A DNA stretch of 64,000 bases, taken from contig CAZRFE010000006.1 in NCBI GenBank assembly GCA_964599565.1, positions 1,117 through 65,116 on the forward strand, in the 5' to 3' direction. A model generated the notes under the pieces. It was not told the origin of the DNA. It saw only the letters and a program-made list of their open reading frames with translations, and ran no database searches. Positions 48,178 to 58,356 of this stretch are shown in pieces (within the stretch, counting starts at the first letter, position 1; every line of letters begins with the position of its first letter). Origin of the DNA: an uncultured Gammaproteobacteria bacterium. GTDB taxonomy: Bacteria; Pseudomonadota; Gammaproteobacteria; Natronospirales; JAJUFS01. The position numbers and the translations under genes were made by a program.

Positions 48178-49401
48178 ATGCCGGTCTTCGCGTACAAGGG
48201 CAGAACCGCGCAGGGCGATCTCGTCAACGGCCGCATGGAGGCGGAATCGGCGGACGCCGTCGCCAACCAGCTGTTCAACACCGGCGTGACGCCGATCGAC
48301 ATCGCAACCGCCTCGGCACCGAATCCGGTATTCGCGCAACTGCGGCGCGCCGTCGGCGCACAACAGCCAGGGCTCGACGATGTGTTGCTGTTCACCCGGC
48401 AGATGCACAGCCTCGCCAAGGCCGGCATTCCGCTCGTGCGCGGGCTGCTGGGACTGCAGGAATCCACGCGTCATCCTGCGCTGCGCGATGCGATTTCCGA
48501 TGTCGTCGAATCACTGGAATCCGGCCGCGATCTCGCCGCGTCGCTTGCGCGTCATCCGGCCATCTTCAATGCGCTGTACGTCAGCATGATCCGCGTCGGC
48601 GAAAACTCCGGGCGGCTGCACGAGTCCTTCGACCAGCTCCACCGGTATCTTTCCATCGAAAGGGAAACGCGCAGGCAGGTGAAGGCCGCACTGCGATACC
48701 CGGTGATGGTGATCGGTGCGATCGTGGTCGCCGTGATGATCCTCACCGTCAAGGTCATTCCCACCTTCGCAGGAATCTTCGAGCGATTCGATCTCGAACT
48801 CCCGCTTGCGACGCGCGCCATACTCGCCGTATCCGCATTCATGACCGAGCGGTGGGTCGCGCTCGTCATCGTCGCGCTCGCCGGTGTCGCGGCGTTTCGC
48901 CTCTGGCTGCGAACGGATGCCGGGCGCTATCGCTGGGACAGGATGAAGCTCGGCTTTCCCGTCGCCGGCGGCATCATCCTGCGCGCGACGCTTGCGCGCT
49001 TTGCGCGCGCCTTCTCCATGGCCTACCGCTCCGGCGTGCCGATGATCCAGACGCTGTCGCTGTGCGCGCGCGCCGTGGACAACGCATTCGTCGGCGCGCG
49101 CGTCGCGGACATGCGAAACGGCGTCGAACGCGGCGAATCCGTATCGCGCACGGCAACCGCCACCGGCCTGTTCACACCGCTCGTGCTGCAGATGATGGCG
49201 GTCGGTGAAGAGACGGGCGCGCTGGACGACATGCTTGACGAAACCGCGGACTTCTACGAGCGGGAAGTCGATTACGACGTGAAGAACCTGGCCGCGCTGA
49301 TCGAACCCGCGCTGACGGTCGCGATTGGCGTGATGGTGCTGATACTCGCGCTCGGCATCTTCCTGCCGATGTGGGACCTGGCGCAGCTTGCCGGACGATG
49401 A
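48178..49401 (+). CDS. mshG: MSHA platform protein MshG (GspF/PilC family)
   Basis: 407 aa from ATG 48178. Two GspF repeats and three TM segments, with C-terminal LPMWDL. Confidence 0.9.
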   Translation: MPVFAYKGRTAQGDLVNGRMEAESADAVANQLFNTGVTPIDIATASAPNPVFAQLRRAVGAQQPGLDDVLLFTRQMHSLAKAGIPLVRGLLGLQESTRHPALRDAISDVVESLESGRDLAASLARHPAIFNALYVSMIRVGENSGRLHESFDQLHRYLSIERETRRQVKAALRYPVMVIGAIVVAVMILTVKVIPTFAGIFERFDLELPLATRAILAVSAFMTERWVALVIVALAGVAAFRLWLRTDAGRYRWDRMKLGFPVAGGIILRATLARFARAFSMAYRSGVPMIQTLSLCARAVDNAFVGARVADMRNGVERGESVSRTATATGLFTPLVLQMMAVGEETGALDDMLDETADFYEREVDYDVKNLAALIEPALTVAIGVMVLILALGIFLPMWDLAQLAGR

Positions 49402-49405
49402 CGAC

Positions 49406-49927
49406 ATGCAACAGCGCGCGAGCAGCGGCTTCACGCTCTGGGAACTCATGGTCGTCGTGGCGCTGGTTGTTGTGCTGTTCGTGACCGCGCTCGAGAACCT
49501 GCTGCCGCTGCGCGGTGAAGCGGAGAAGGCCGCGCTGCTCGCCACCATCGGCAGCCTGCGAAGCGCGACCGGGCTCGAGGCGAGCCGCCGCGCGATCGTC
49601 GGCGCCGAGGCGCTGCGTGCCATGGACGGCGCAGACCCGATGGCGTGGCTTGCAGCAAAGCCGGAACGTTACGTCGGCGATGTCGAGCGCAGCCACGACG
49701 TGCCGCGCGGCGGATGGGGATATCTCGCCGGCGAAGGCGTGCTGTTCTACCGGATCCGCTATCCGGAGTATTTCCGCGGCGGCTCCGGCGAACCGGCGGG
49801 ACTGCGCTTTCGCGTCGACGTGACGTTCGCCGGCACTCGGGTTTCAGGCATTCGCCTGGCGGAACTGGATCACGGGCAGTGGCGCACCGGAGGCAAGGAA
49901 CGCGCACCTGCTCGAACAAGGCGATGA
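49406..49927 (+). CDS. mshF: MSHA biogenesis protein MshF (prepilin-type N-terminus)
   Basis: 173 aa from ATG 49406. Prepilin-like SSGFTLWELMVVVALV. Named from its position after mshG. Confidence 0.55.
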   Translation: MQQRASSGFTLWELMVVVALVVVLFVTALENLLPLRGEAEKAALLATIGSLRSATGLEASRRAIVGAEALRAMDGADPMAWLAAKPERYVGDVERSHDVPRGGWGYLAGEGVLFYRIRYPEYFRGGSGEPAGLRFRVDVTFAGTRVSGIRLAELDHGQWRTGGKERAPARTRR

Positions 49928-49948
49928 ACCGCGAGGCGTTATGCAGGA

Positions 49949-49970
49949 TCACGGTGCAAACGCACCGTGA
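49949..49970 (+). terminator. Stem-loop just after mshF (operon boundary, possible terminator or processing site)
   Basis: Perfect 9-bp stem TCACGGTGC / GCACCGTGA with loop AAAC, 22 nt after the mshF stop. No U-run. Confidence 0.4.
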
Positions 49971-50093
49971 CGGGTGATTCATTCAGGAGAAGTCTCAGAA
50001 GGAGAAAATGTCCACGTCGAACTTTCTGTGTGAAGGGTGTCTGCGTGGCTGCGGCCACAAGGAATTTTCATTACGCAACGCAAGGAGCATTCC

Positions 50094-50465
50094 ATGAAGC
50101 ACGTTCAAAGCGGTTTTACCCTCATCGAGCTGGTTGTTGTCATCGTCATTCTCGGCATTCTCGCCGTCACCGCCGTGCCGCGGTTCATCGATCTTTCCGA
50201 TGAAGCGAATCTCGCCGCCGTGAAGGGCGTTGCCGGATCGCTGGCGTCCGCCGCAGCGATCAATTATGCGGCCGGTCTTGCCGACGATCCCGCGGCAACG
50301 GCCGTCGCGGGCGGCAGTTGCGAGGACGCGGCAACCGCGCTTCTCGCCGACGGCGTACCGCAGGGTTACACGGTCACAGGTACGCTCGGGCCGCAGGGTG
50401 AAACAGCACCGTGCACCGTCGCGCGCGACGGCGCCTCGGTGGTGACGCAGGTGATCGCGTACTGA
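50094..50465 (+). CDS. mshA: Major MSHA-type pilin
   Basis: 123 aa from ATG 50094, SD AAGGAG 6 nt upstream. Type IVa leader MKHVQSG / [17 protein letters not shown], and a C-terminal Cys pair (disulfide loop). Confidence 0.8.
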   Translation: MKHVQSGFTLIELVVVIVILGILAVTAVPRFIDLSDEANLAAVKGVAGSLASAAAINYAAGLADDPAATAVAGGSCEDAATALLADGVPQGYTVTGTLGPQGETAPCTVARDGASVVTQVIAY

Positions 50466-50485
50466 ACGCACACCGGTTGAAGAAC

Positions 50486-50516
50486 GAAATGGCCCTGTCG
50501 CACACGGGGCCATTTC
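50486..50516 (+). terminator. Stem-loop after the major pilin gene (attenuator/terminator)
   Basis: Perfect 10-bp stem GAAATGGCCC / GGGCCATTTC with an 11-nt loop, followed by CATTTG. It lies 21 nt after the mshA stop and 27 nt before the next ATG. Confidence 0.55.
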
Positions 50517-50542
50517 CATTTGCGGGCAGCGCAGTCACGGAA

Positions 50543-51001
50543 ATGACAACGCGTCCTTCGAACACGGGTTTCACGTTCATCGAACTCGTCGTGATCGTCA
50601 TGATCCTCGGCGTGCTTGCGCTTGCGGTCAGCGGACGTTTCGCTGAGCGCGGGGCATTCGATGCCCGCGGGTATTTCGACCAGCTCGTCGCTGCGACGCG
50701 CTATGCGCAGCGTTACGCGGTTGCAAGCGGTTGCACGGTGCGCATCGAGATCAATGCGGACAGTCACGCACTCACGACGCAGGACGCCATCTGCGGTTTC
50801 GGTACGGTTGTGCAGTCGCCCGCGGGCGGCGCGTTCACAGGCAACGCGCCCTCGGGCGTGAGCGTGACGGCCGGCGCAGGCAGCTACGATTTCGATGCGC
50901 GCGGCAACGTCAGCGCCGGTGGCGGTGTGACCGTTGCGGGCGGCGGCAACGCGATCAGTTTCACCATCACGCCGGGCAGCGGCTTCGTGGAGACGCCATG
51001 A
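50543..51001 (+). CDS. mshC: Minor pilin (MshC-like, GspH/FimT-type)
   Basis: 152 aa from ATG 50543. Leader ...NTG / FTFIELVVIVMILGVLA. Confidence 0.6.
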   Translation: MTTRPSNTGFTFIELVVIVMILGVLALAVSGRFAERGAFDARGYFDQLVAATRYAQRYAVASGCTVRIEINADSHALTTQDAICGFGTVVQSPAGGAFTGNAPSGVSVTAGAGSYDFDARGNVSAGGGVTVAGGGNAISFTITPGSGFVETP

Positions 51002-51450
51002 TGTCGCCGCGCATGCACGGTTTCACGTTCGTTGAACTCGTGATCAGTCTCGTCGTCATCGGGCTTGCGGTGTCCGGCGTGCTGCTGATCTACACGACCA
51101 CGGTCACGCGCAGTGCGGATCCGCTTGTCCGCCAGCAGGCGCTCGCAATTGCAGAAGCGTACGTCGAGGAAATCGTCTCGCGGCATTACGGCGATCCGGA
51201 TGGCGCGGACGGCGAAGCAGCGCGCGCGGAGTTCGATGACGTGAACGATTACGACGCGCTGAGCGGTGCGCCCACTCGACCGGACGGTTCAACGGCGGGA
51301 CTTGCGGCACTTGCGGATTACACGGTGGATGTCAGCGTCAGCGATGGCAGCGCAGCGCTCGGCGTCACCGCCTGGCGCGTGGATGTCACCGTCACGCACA
51401 CAAGCGGCGTTTCGGTTTCGCTCTGGAGCTATCGCGCGAGTTATCCATGA
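50998..51450 (+). CDS. mshD: Minor pilin (MshD-like)
   Basis: 150 aa (ATGA overlap). Leader MMSPRMHG / FTFVELVISLVVIG. Confidence 0.6.
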   Translation: MMSPRMHGFTFVELVISLVVIGLAVSGVLLIYTTTVTRSADPLVRQQALAIAEAYVEEIVSRHYGDPDGADGEAARAEFDDVNDYDALSGAPTRPDGSTAGLAALADYTVDVSVSDGSAALGVTAWRVDVTVTHTSGVSVSLWSYRASYP

Positions 51451-52280
51451 AGATGCGTCATGCAACATCGGGCTTCACGCTGCTCGAAATGCTGCTCGTG
51501 ATACTGATCACGGGCGTGCTTGCCGCGCTCGTCGCGCCGCTCATCCGCGAACCGGTGAATGCGTATTTCGCACAGACGGGGCGCGCTGCGCTGGTCGATG
51601 CCGCGGAGATGGCGCTGCGCCGCGTGGCACGCGACGTTCGCCGCTCACTGCCGTACAGCGTGCGCATCAACGCCGCGCAGTCCGCTGTCGAGTTCGTGCG
51701 TATCGTGGATGTCGCGCGCTATCGCGAATCGCCGGGCGGCGGTGTCAGCGCTGCGCGACGGCTGCGCTTCAACGGCAGCGACGACAGCTTCAACGTACTT
51801 GGAACATTCGGCGTGCGCGGTACAGGCACGCTCGCGGGCAACGAACGGCTGGTCGTGTTCAACCTCGGCTCCGCGGGGTATGACATCTACCAGGGCGATG
51901 CCGTCGCCACACCGCCGGCGACAACGGTAACCATCAGCGCCGATGGCAACGAACACAACGTCACGATGAATCCGCCGCACCCGTTCGCCGGTTCTTCTCC
52001 ATCGCACCGCGTGTACATCGCGGAAGGCGCAACGAGCTACGCGTGTTCCGGCGGCGGGCTGTATCGCGCATCCGGTTACGGTTACCTCGCCGCGCAGCCG
52101 GCACCGGCGACGGTCGCCTCCAGCGGCGTTCTGCTGGCAGACAACGTGGTGGAATGCCGGTTCGATTACGACCCCGGCAACTCGCGCCGTTCCGGCCTGC
52201 TCGTGATGAGCCTCACGCTCGCGCGAAACGGTGAACGCATCACGCTGCTTCACCAGGTGCACGTGCCGAATGCAACGTGA
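51447..52280 (+). CDS. mshO: Minor pilin-like protein MshO
   Basis: 277 aa (ATGA overlap). Leader MKMRHATSG / FTLLEMLLVILITG. Confidence 0.6.
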   Translation: MKMRHATSGFTLLEMLLVILITGVLAALVAPLIREPVNAYFAQTGRAALVDAAEMALRRVARDVRRSLPYSVRINAAQSAVEFVRIVDVARYRESPGGGVSAARRLRFNGSDDSFNVLGTFGVRGTGTLAGNERLVVFNLGSAGYDIYQGDAVATPPATTVTISADGNEHNVTMNPPHPFAGSSPSHRVYIAEGATSYACSGGGLYRASGYGYLAAQPAPATVASSGVLLADNVVECRFDYDPGNSRRSGLLVMSLTLARNGERITLLHQVHVPNAT

Positions 52281-52689
52281 TGCCGTCATGAATGCGCGCC
52301 GGCAGTCGGGATTCTCGCTGGTCACCGCGATATTTCTCGTCACGGTTCTTGCCGCGCTCGGCGCTTTCCTGCTCGTGATGAGCAGCGTCGCACAGCAGAC
52401 GCCTGCGCTCGGGCTGAACGGCGCGCAGGCATACCATGCAGCGCGCAGCGGGCTTGAGTTCGGCATCTCGCGGGCGATCGGCAATGCAGGTACCGGCTGC
52501 AACACGAATCTTTCATTGCCGCCCTACGAGGTGCAGGTGAGCTGTGCAGGGCCCGAGCTGCACAACGATGGCGGCGTGGTCGTCGACATGTTCACCGTCA
52601 CGGCGGTTGCGACGCGCGGCAGCCCCGGCGAGATTGCGTATGCGCGCCGCGAATTGCGCGCCGTCGTGAGTTCGTCCGGACCGAACTGA
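52270..52689 (+). CDS. mshP: MshP-like pseudopilin (PilX-type, no Glu5)
   Basis: 139 aa (alternative ATG at 52288). ...RRQSG / FSLVTAIFLVTVLAALG. Confidence 0.5.
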   Translation: MQRDAVMNARRQSGFSLVTAIFLVTVLAALGAFLLVMSSVAQQTPALGLNGAQAYHAARSGLEFGISRAIGNAGTGCNTNLSLPPYEVQVSCAGPELHNDGGVVVDMFTVTAVATRGSPGEIAYARRELRAVVSSSGPN

Positions 52690-52798
52690 TTCGTTCCTTC
52701 AAGTTCAGGCAATCCGTTCATCATTCTCCGGGACATGGCCATTCTTCCCGCGCAGCAGGTCCGGATGATCACCGCTTCCGCGGTCATCCGGAGCTGCC

Positions 52799-55700
52799 AT
52801 GCGTTTTCCTGCCTGCGCGATCCTGCTTGCGTTGCTGTCGTCGCCGCTTCACGCTGCGTCCGGCGACATTCTCTGGCTTGATGATTTCGAGGACGGCGCG
52901 CTCGCGCCGCAGTGGGTGCTGGATGCGCATTCGCAGCACGGCACCGCGGGCGTCAACGCGCTCACCGCGCAGTCCGGCGCGCAATCGATGTACCTGCGCA
53001 GCGGTTATGTTGTCGTGCTCTCGCAGACGATCGATCTTGAAGGAATTGCCAGCGCGCGGCTCGCCGTGTGGATTCGCGCCGGCGCGACTGCCTTCGGCAG
53101 CAACCGTGCGGAAGCCGGCGAGAACCTCGTGCTCTATTACCGCCGCAACGACGGTGCGTGGAGCAATCTCGAGGCATTCCAGGGCGGGGGTGTCGCCGGC
53201 GACGTCATGCTGCGCGAGTACGACCTGCCGGCGAATGCCATGCACGCAAACTTCCAGCTGCGGTGGATACAGGTCGATGGCGACCACTTGGCGAGCGACA
53301 GCGACTGGTGGCATATCGATGACGTGCGCATCACGGATACGACCGGCGCACCGCCGGACATCGGCGCGCTGTGCGATGCATTCGGCGATCTCACGCAATG
53401 GACAGTGACGGGTTCGGGCGCCGCGCAGGTGAGCGCTGCGACTTTTCTCAGCGGACCTTCAAGCCTCTCGCTCAATGGCGGGCCGGTATCCGTCACCATG
53501 TCATCCACGCTTGGTCTTGCCGGCACGGTGGCATCGCTGTCGCTGTGGGTGCGCCGTGGTGCAAACGATTTTTCAGATCGTCCCGAGGCGGGTGAGGATC
53601 TTGTCATCAGCTACCTCGACAACCAGGGCAACTGGGTGACGATCTGGCAGCTTGCAGGCGCCGGTACGGCGGGACAGGTCTACAACCTCAACTACAACCT
53701 GCCCGCGGCCGCGCTGCATGACGGCTTTCGCCTGCGCATACGGCTGTTGAACGGCACGAGCGGTGCGATGGATTACTGGCACGTGGACAACGTGTGCCTC
53801 GACATCGAACGCGTCATCGATCATTTCGCGTTCCAGCACGACGGCGCCGCCGTGAACTGCCAGGCGGAACCCGTCGCGCTGCTTGCACACGATGTGAACC
53901 ATTTCGTGATCGACGATTACGCGGGCACCGTCGCGCTCGCCACCAGCACGATGCACGGCGACTGGAGCCTGCTTGACGGTGATGGCGTCCTCGCCAGCAA
54001 CGGCGCGGGCGCCGGCAGCTACACCTTCAGCACGGCGGATGGCGGCGCAGTGCTGCTCGGCCTTCGCGATACGTTCACGGAAAGCGTGAACGTCAACGCA
54101 ACCAACGGCATGGAAGCCGAATCTCCGCTGGAAGATGCCGGCATTGCCTTTGCGTCTGCAGGTTTCAATTTTCTCGTCAACGGCAGCGCGGTTCCGATTG
54201 GCACGCAGATCGCGGGCAAGCCGAGCCATGCAATGCCGGGCGCATCGCTCATCGAGCTCCAGGCGATACGCAGCGATGATGAAACTGGCGCATGCGAAGC
54301 GGCGTTGACCGGTAACGTCACGATCGACCTTGCGTTCAGCTGCGAGAATCCAGCGAGCTGTCATGGCGCGAACGTCGAGATCAATGGCAGCGCGATTGCC
54401 GCAAACGCGGGCGGTTCGCCTGCGATGTTCACGAACGTTGCGCTGGATTTCGGCGATGCCGCGGACGATACCGCACCGATCGCGTTTCGTTATGACGATG
54501 CCGGCATCATTCGCCTGCACGCGCGATACGCGCTGCAGCCCTCGGGCGAAATGCTCTCGGGCGCATCGTCGGGAATCGTGGTGCGTCCGTTCGGTTTCCA
54601 TGTCGATGCCATCGGCAACCCCGGCGCCGCAACCCCTGACGGCGCTGCGTACGCTGCCGCCGGCGCGGATTTCGACGTGACCGTCCGCGCCATTGCGTGG
54701 CAGGCGGCGGACGACACCGACCAGGATGGCGTCGCCGATGGATACGCGGATACCGATGCAACGAACAACGCGGATCTTTCCGACAACATCACGCTCGCAG
54801 GCTTCGGCGCGGAATCACCGCCCGATGCGGTGAGTCTTTCCGCCGCACTCTCGCTTCCCGCCGGTGGCGTGCATCCCGGACTTGCAGGAAACCTGGCCGT
54901 CACGAATTTCAGCGGCGGCGTTTCGCAGACGACGGTGAATTATTCCGAGGCCGGCATCATCGAACTTCATGCGCAACTCGCCGACAGCGATTACCTCGGC
55001 GCGGGCAACGTCGCATCGCGTTCCGGTCCCGTCGGCCGTTTCATTCCGCATCACTTCGATGTGGACATCACGAGCCATGGCTGCAATGACACTGTGGCGT
55101 TCACGTACTCCGCGCAACCGTTGCGCGCGCTGACGGTAACGGCGCGCAATGGCGCGGGCCAGGTCACGCAGAACCACGACGGGACCGCGGGTTTCGCGCG
55201 CGATGTTCAACTCGACGCGATGACGGCCGCAGCGGGCGCGCTTCAGAACGGCGGCATTTCAGCCGCGGATTTTGCAGGGGGCATTGCGAATATCGCCGCG
55301 GAGCCTTCCGGCGTTGCGTTCGCATTCACGCTCAAGGAATCCGCGCCTGCCATGGTGCGACTGCGCGCGACCGACGCCGACGGCGTGTCGTCGGAGAACC
55401 ATGCAGAGGCGCAGACGCAGGTTCGTTCCGCACGGTTCGCGATGGACAACGCCAACGCATCGTTGCTCGCACCTGCCATCAGCCGGCTTCGCGTGGATTC
55501 GTTCGATGGCAGCGAGTGGCGCGAAGAACCGGACGATGAATGCACGCTTACCGCCAGCGATGACCTTGCGCTCACGGATCACGCCGGCGGTCTTGATGCC
55601 GGCGAATCGGTTATCGACCTTGATCCGCTGCACACATTCTTCTCTGCGGGATCCGGCCAGGTGACGCTCACCGCACCGGGCGTGAACAACGAAGGCAGCA

Positions 55701-55843
55701 TGCGGCTTCGCCATGACGCACCGGCGTGGCTTGAGTTCGACTGGAACGGCACGGGAACGGAAGATCCTTCCGCGCTGATCCGTTTCAACGATTTCTTTCG
55801 CACGGAGCCGGGTCTTGTCGACCGGCATGAAGTCGTCGACTGA
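52799..55843 (+). CDS. mshQ: MshQ-like large secreted pilus-associated protein
   Basis: 1014 aa with signal peptide MRFPACAILLALLSSPLHAA. Two tandem ~150-aa lectin/MAM-like modules, then a long Gly/Ala/Asp-rich beta region. Last gene of the cluster, as in known msh loci. Confidence 0.6.
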   Translation: MRFPACAILLALLSSPLHAASGDILWLDDFEDGALAPQWVLDAHSQHGTAGVNALTAQSGAQSMYLRSGYVVVLSQTIDLEGIASARLAVWIRAGATAFGSNRAEAGENLVLYYRRNDGAWSNLEAFQGGGVAGDVMLREYDLPANAMHANFQLRWIQVDGDHLASDSDWWHIDDVRITDTTGAPPDIGALCDAFGDLTQWTVTGSGAAQVSAATFLSGPSSLSLNGGPVSVTMSSTLGLAGTVASLSLWVRRGANDFSDRPEAGEDLVISYLDNQGNWVTIWQLAGAGTAGQVYNLNYNLPAAALHDGFRLRIRLLNGTSGAMDYWHVDNVCLDIERVIDHFAFQHDGAAVNCQAEPVALLAHDVNHFVIDDYAGTVALATSTMHGDWSLLDGDGVLASNGAGAGSYTFSTADGGAVLLGLRDTFTESVNVNATNGMEAESPLEDAGIAFASAGFNFLVNGSAVPIGTQIAGKPSHAMPGASLIELQAIRSDDETGACEAALTGNVTIDLAFSCENPASCHGANVEINGSAIAANAGGSPAMFTNVALDFGDAADDTAPIAFRYDDAGIIRLHARYALQPSGEMLSGASSGIVVRPFGFHVDAIGNPGAATPDGAAYAAAGADFDVTVRAIAWQAADDTDQDGVADGYADTDATNNADLSDNITLAGFGAESPPDAVSLSAALSLPAGGVHPGLAGNLAVTNFSGGVSQTTVNYSEAGIIELHAQLADSDYLGAGNVASRSGPVGRFIPHHFDVDITSHGCNDTVAFTYSAQPLRALTVTARNGAGQVTQNHDGTAGFARDVQLDAMTAAAGALQNGGISAADFAGGIANIAAEPSGVAFAFTLKESAPAMVRLRATDADGVSSENHAEAQTQVRSARFAMDNANASLLAPAISRLRVDSFDGSEWREEPDDECTLTASDDLALTDHAGGLDAGESVIDLDPLHTFFSAGSGQVTLTAPGVNNEGSMRLRHDAPAWLEFDWNGTGTEDPSALIRFNDFFRTEPGLVDRHEVVD

Positions 55844-55846
55844 CGG

Positions 55847-57221
<1,375 letters not shown>

Positions 57222-57229
<8 letters not shown>

Positions 57230-58292
57230 GTTCGTCTCCTTCCGTTGCATCCGTCGCCACCGGCAGGATGACGGTGAACACCGTCCTGCCCGGCTCGCTG
57301 TTCCATTCGATGATTCCACCGTGGCGCTGCACGATGTCCTGCGCGATGGAAAGTCCGAGTCCCGTGCCTTCCGCGCGCCCGGTGACGAGCGGCAGGAAAA
57401 GGCTTTCCGCGAGATGCGCGGGCACGCCCGCACCGTTGTCCTCCACATCCACGCGGATGGCGATGCGGTGCCGCCGGCCGAGCGAGGTGTACTGGCGCTC
57501 GATGCGCGTCCTGAAACAGAGCGTGGCGTTCGCCGTGCCGTTCGCGGCGTCGATCGCGTTGCCGGCGAGATTGAGAAACACCTGCGTGAGCTGGTCCGCG
57601 TCGGCGCGCAGATCCGGCAGGCTCGGGTCGTAGTCGCGCTGCCAGGTGAGCGCCGGCGCCGCGGGCTGCAGCACGCCGCAGACATGCTCGAGTACCGCGT
57701 GGATGTTGATGGTCGCAAGGCGCGGTGCCCGCGCGGGACCGAGCAAGGCGTCGACAAGATCGCGCAACCGGTCGGTTTCGCGCAGCATGATGTCGAGGTA
57801 TTCGTGCTGCGCGGGATCGCTGACCTGCGCGGCCAGCAACTGCGCAGCGCCGCGCAGCCCGCCGAGCGGATTTCTTATTTCATGCGCGAGTCCCTGGATC
57901 ACCAGGCGTTGCGCCTGCTGGTTCTGCCAGAGGTCGGTTTCTTCCGCGGCGCGCTGGCGCCGGTCCAGTGCCTGCAGTTCGATCTGCATCTCGCCCGATT
58001 CCAGCGGCAGGATGTCGCAGGCGATACGCCGCCGCTGCCCCGGCGGCGGACCGCACGGCACGCGCAGTTCCGCGACCGCCAGCGGTTCGCGGAAGCGGGC
58101 AGCGCGCTCGACGTAGGCAAGAAGGTCTTCGGCGAGCGGCGCAAGCTCTGCCAGCGTCCGGCCGCGAGCATGTCGCGGGCTGGTGGCCAGCAGATCGGCG
58201 GCGGCGGGATTGAGAAAATTCACGCGTCCGGCGCCATCCACGCGAATGACGGCGGTGACGAGATTTTCGAGGATGTCTTCCGGCTGGTTCAC
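57222..58292 (-). CDS. ntrB: Nitrogen regulation sensor histidine kinase NtrB
   Basis: 356 aa, GTG start. PAS-like N-terminus, H-box GLAHEIRNPLGGLRGAAQLL, N and G boxes. 8-nt overlap with ntrC. Confidence 0.9.
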
Positions 58293-58315
58293 GCGGGCCC
58301 CGAAGGCGGGAGAGC

Positions 58316-58332
58316 TGCACCATTATAGTGCG
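58316..58332. promoter_or_regulatory. NtrC-type dyad overlapping a perfect -10 box upstream of ntrB
   Basis: TGCACCATTATAGTGCG, against the NtrC consensus TGCACC-N5-GGTGCA. The minus strand reads CACTATAATGGTGCA, so TATAAT (58322-58327) sits inside the dyad, 30 nt before the ntrB GTG. Confidence 0.5.
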
Positions 58333-58356
58333 CCCGCACCTCCGTGGGCGAACGGG

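Noticed and set aside
46314-48467. 717-aa minus-strand ORF
   Set aside because: Antisense to mshE; shadow ORF.
49928-50093. Sigma54 promoter upstream of the major pilin gene
   Set aside because: Some type IV pilin genes use RpoN. The only TGGC here (TGGCTGCGGCCACAA, around 50046) lacks the TTGC element at the required spacing.
57230-57757. N-terminal 176 codons of the 636-aa track ORF containing NtrC
   Set aside because: This part lies over the 3' end of ntrB in a different frame and has no receiver-domain sequence. NtrC starts at ATG 57229, directly before the DDD receiver motif.
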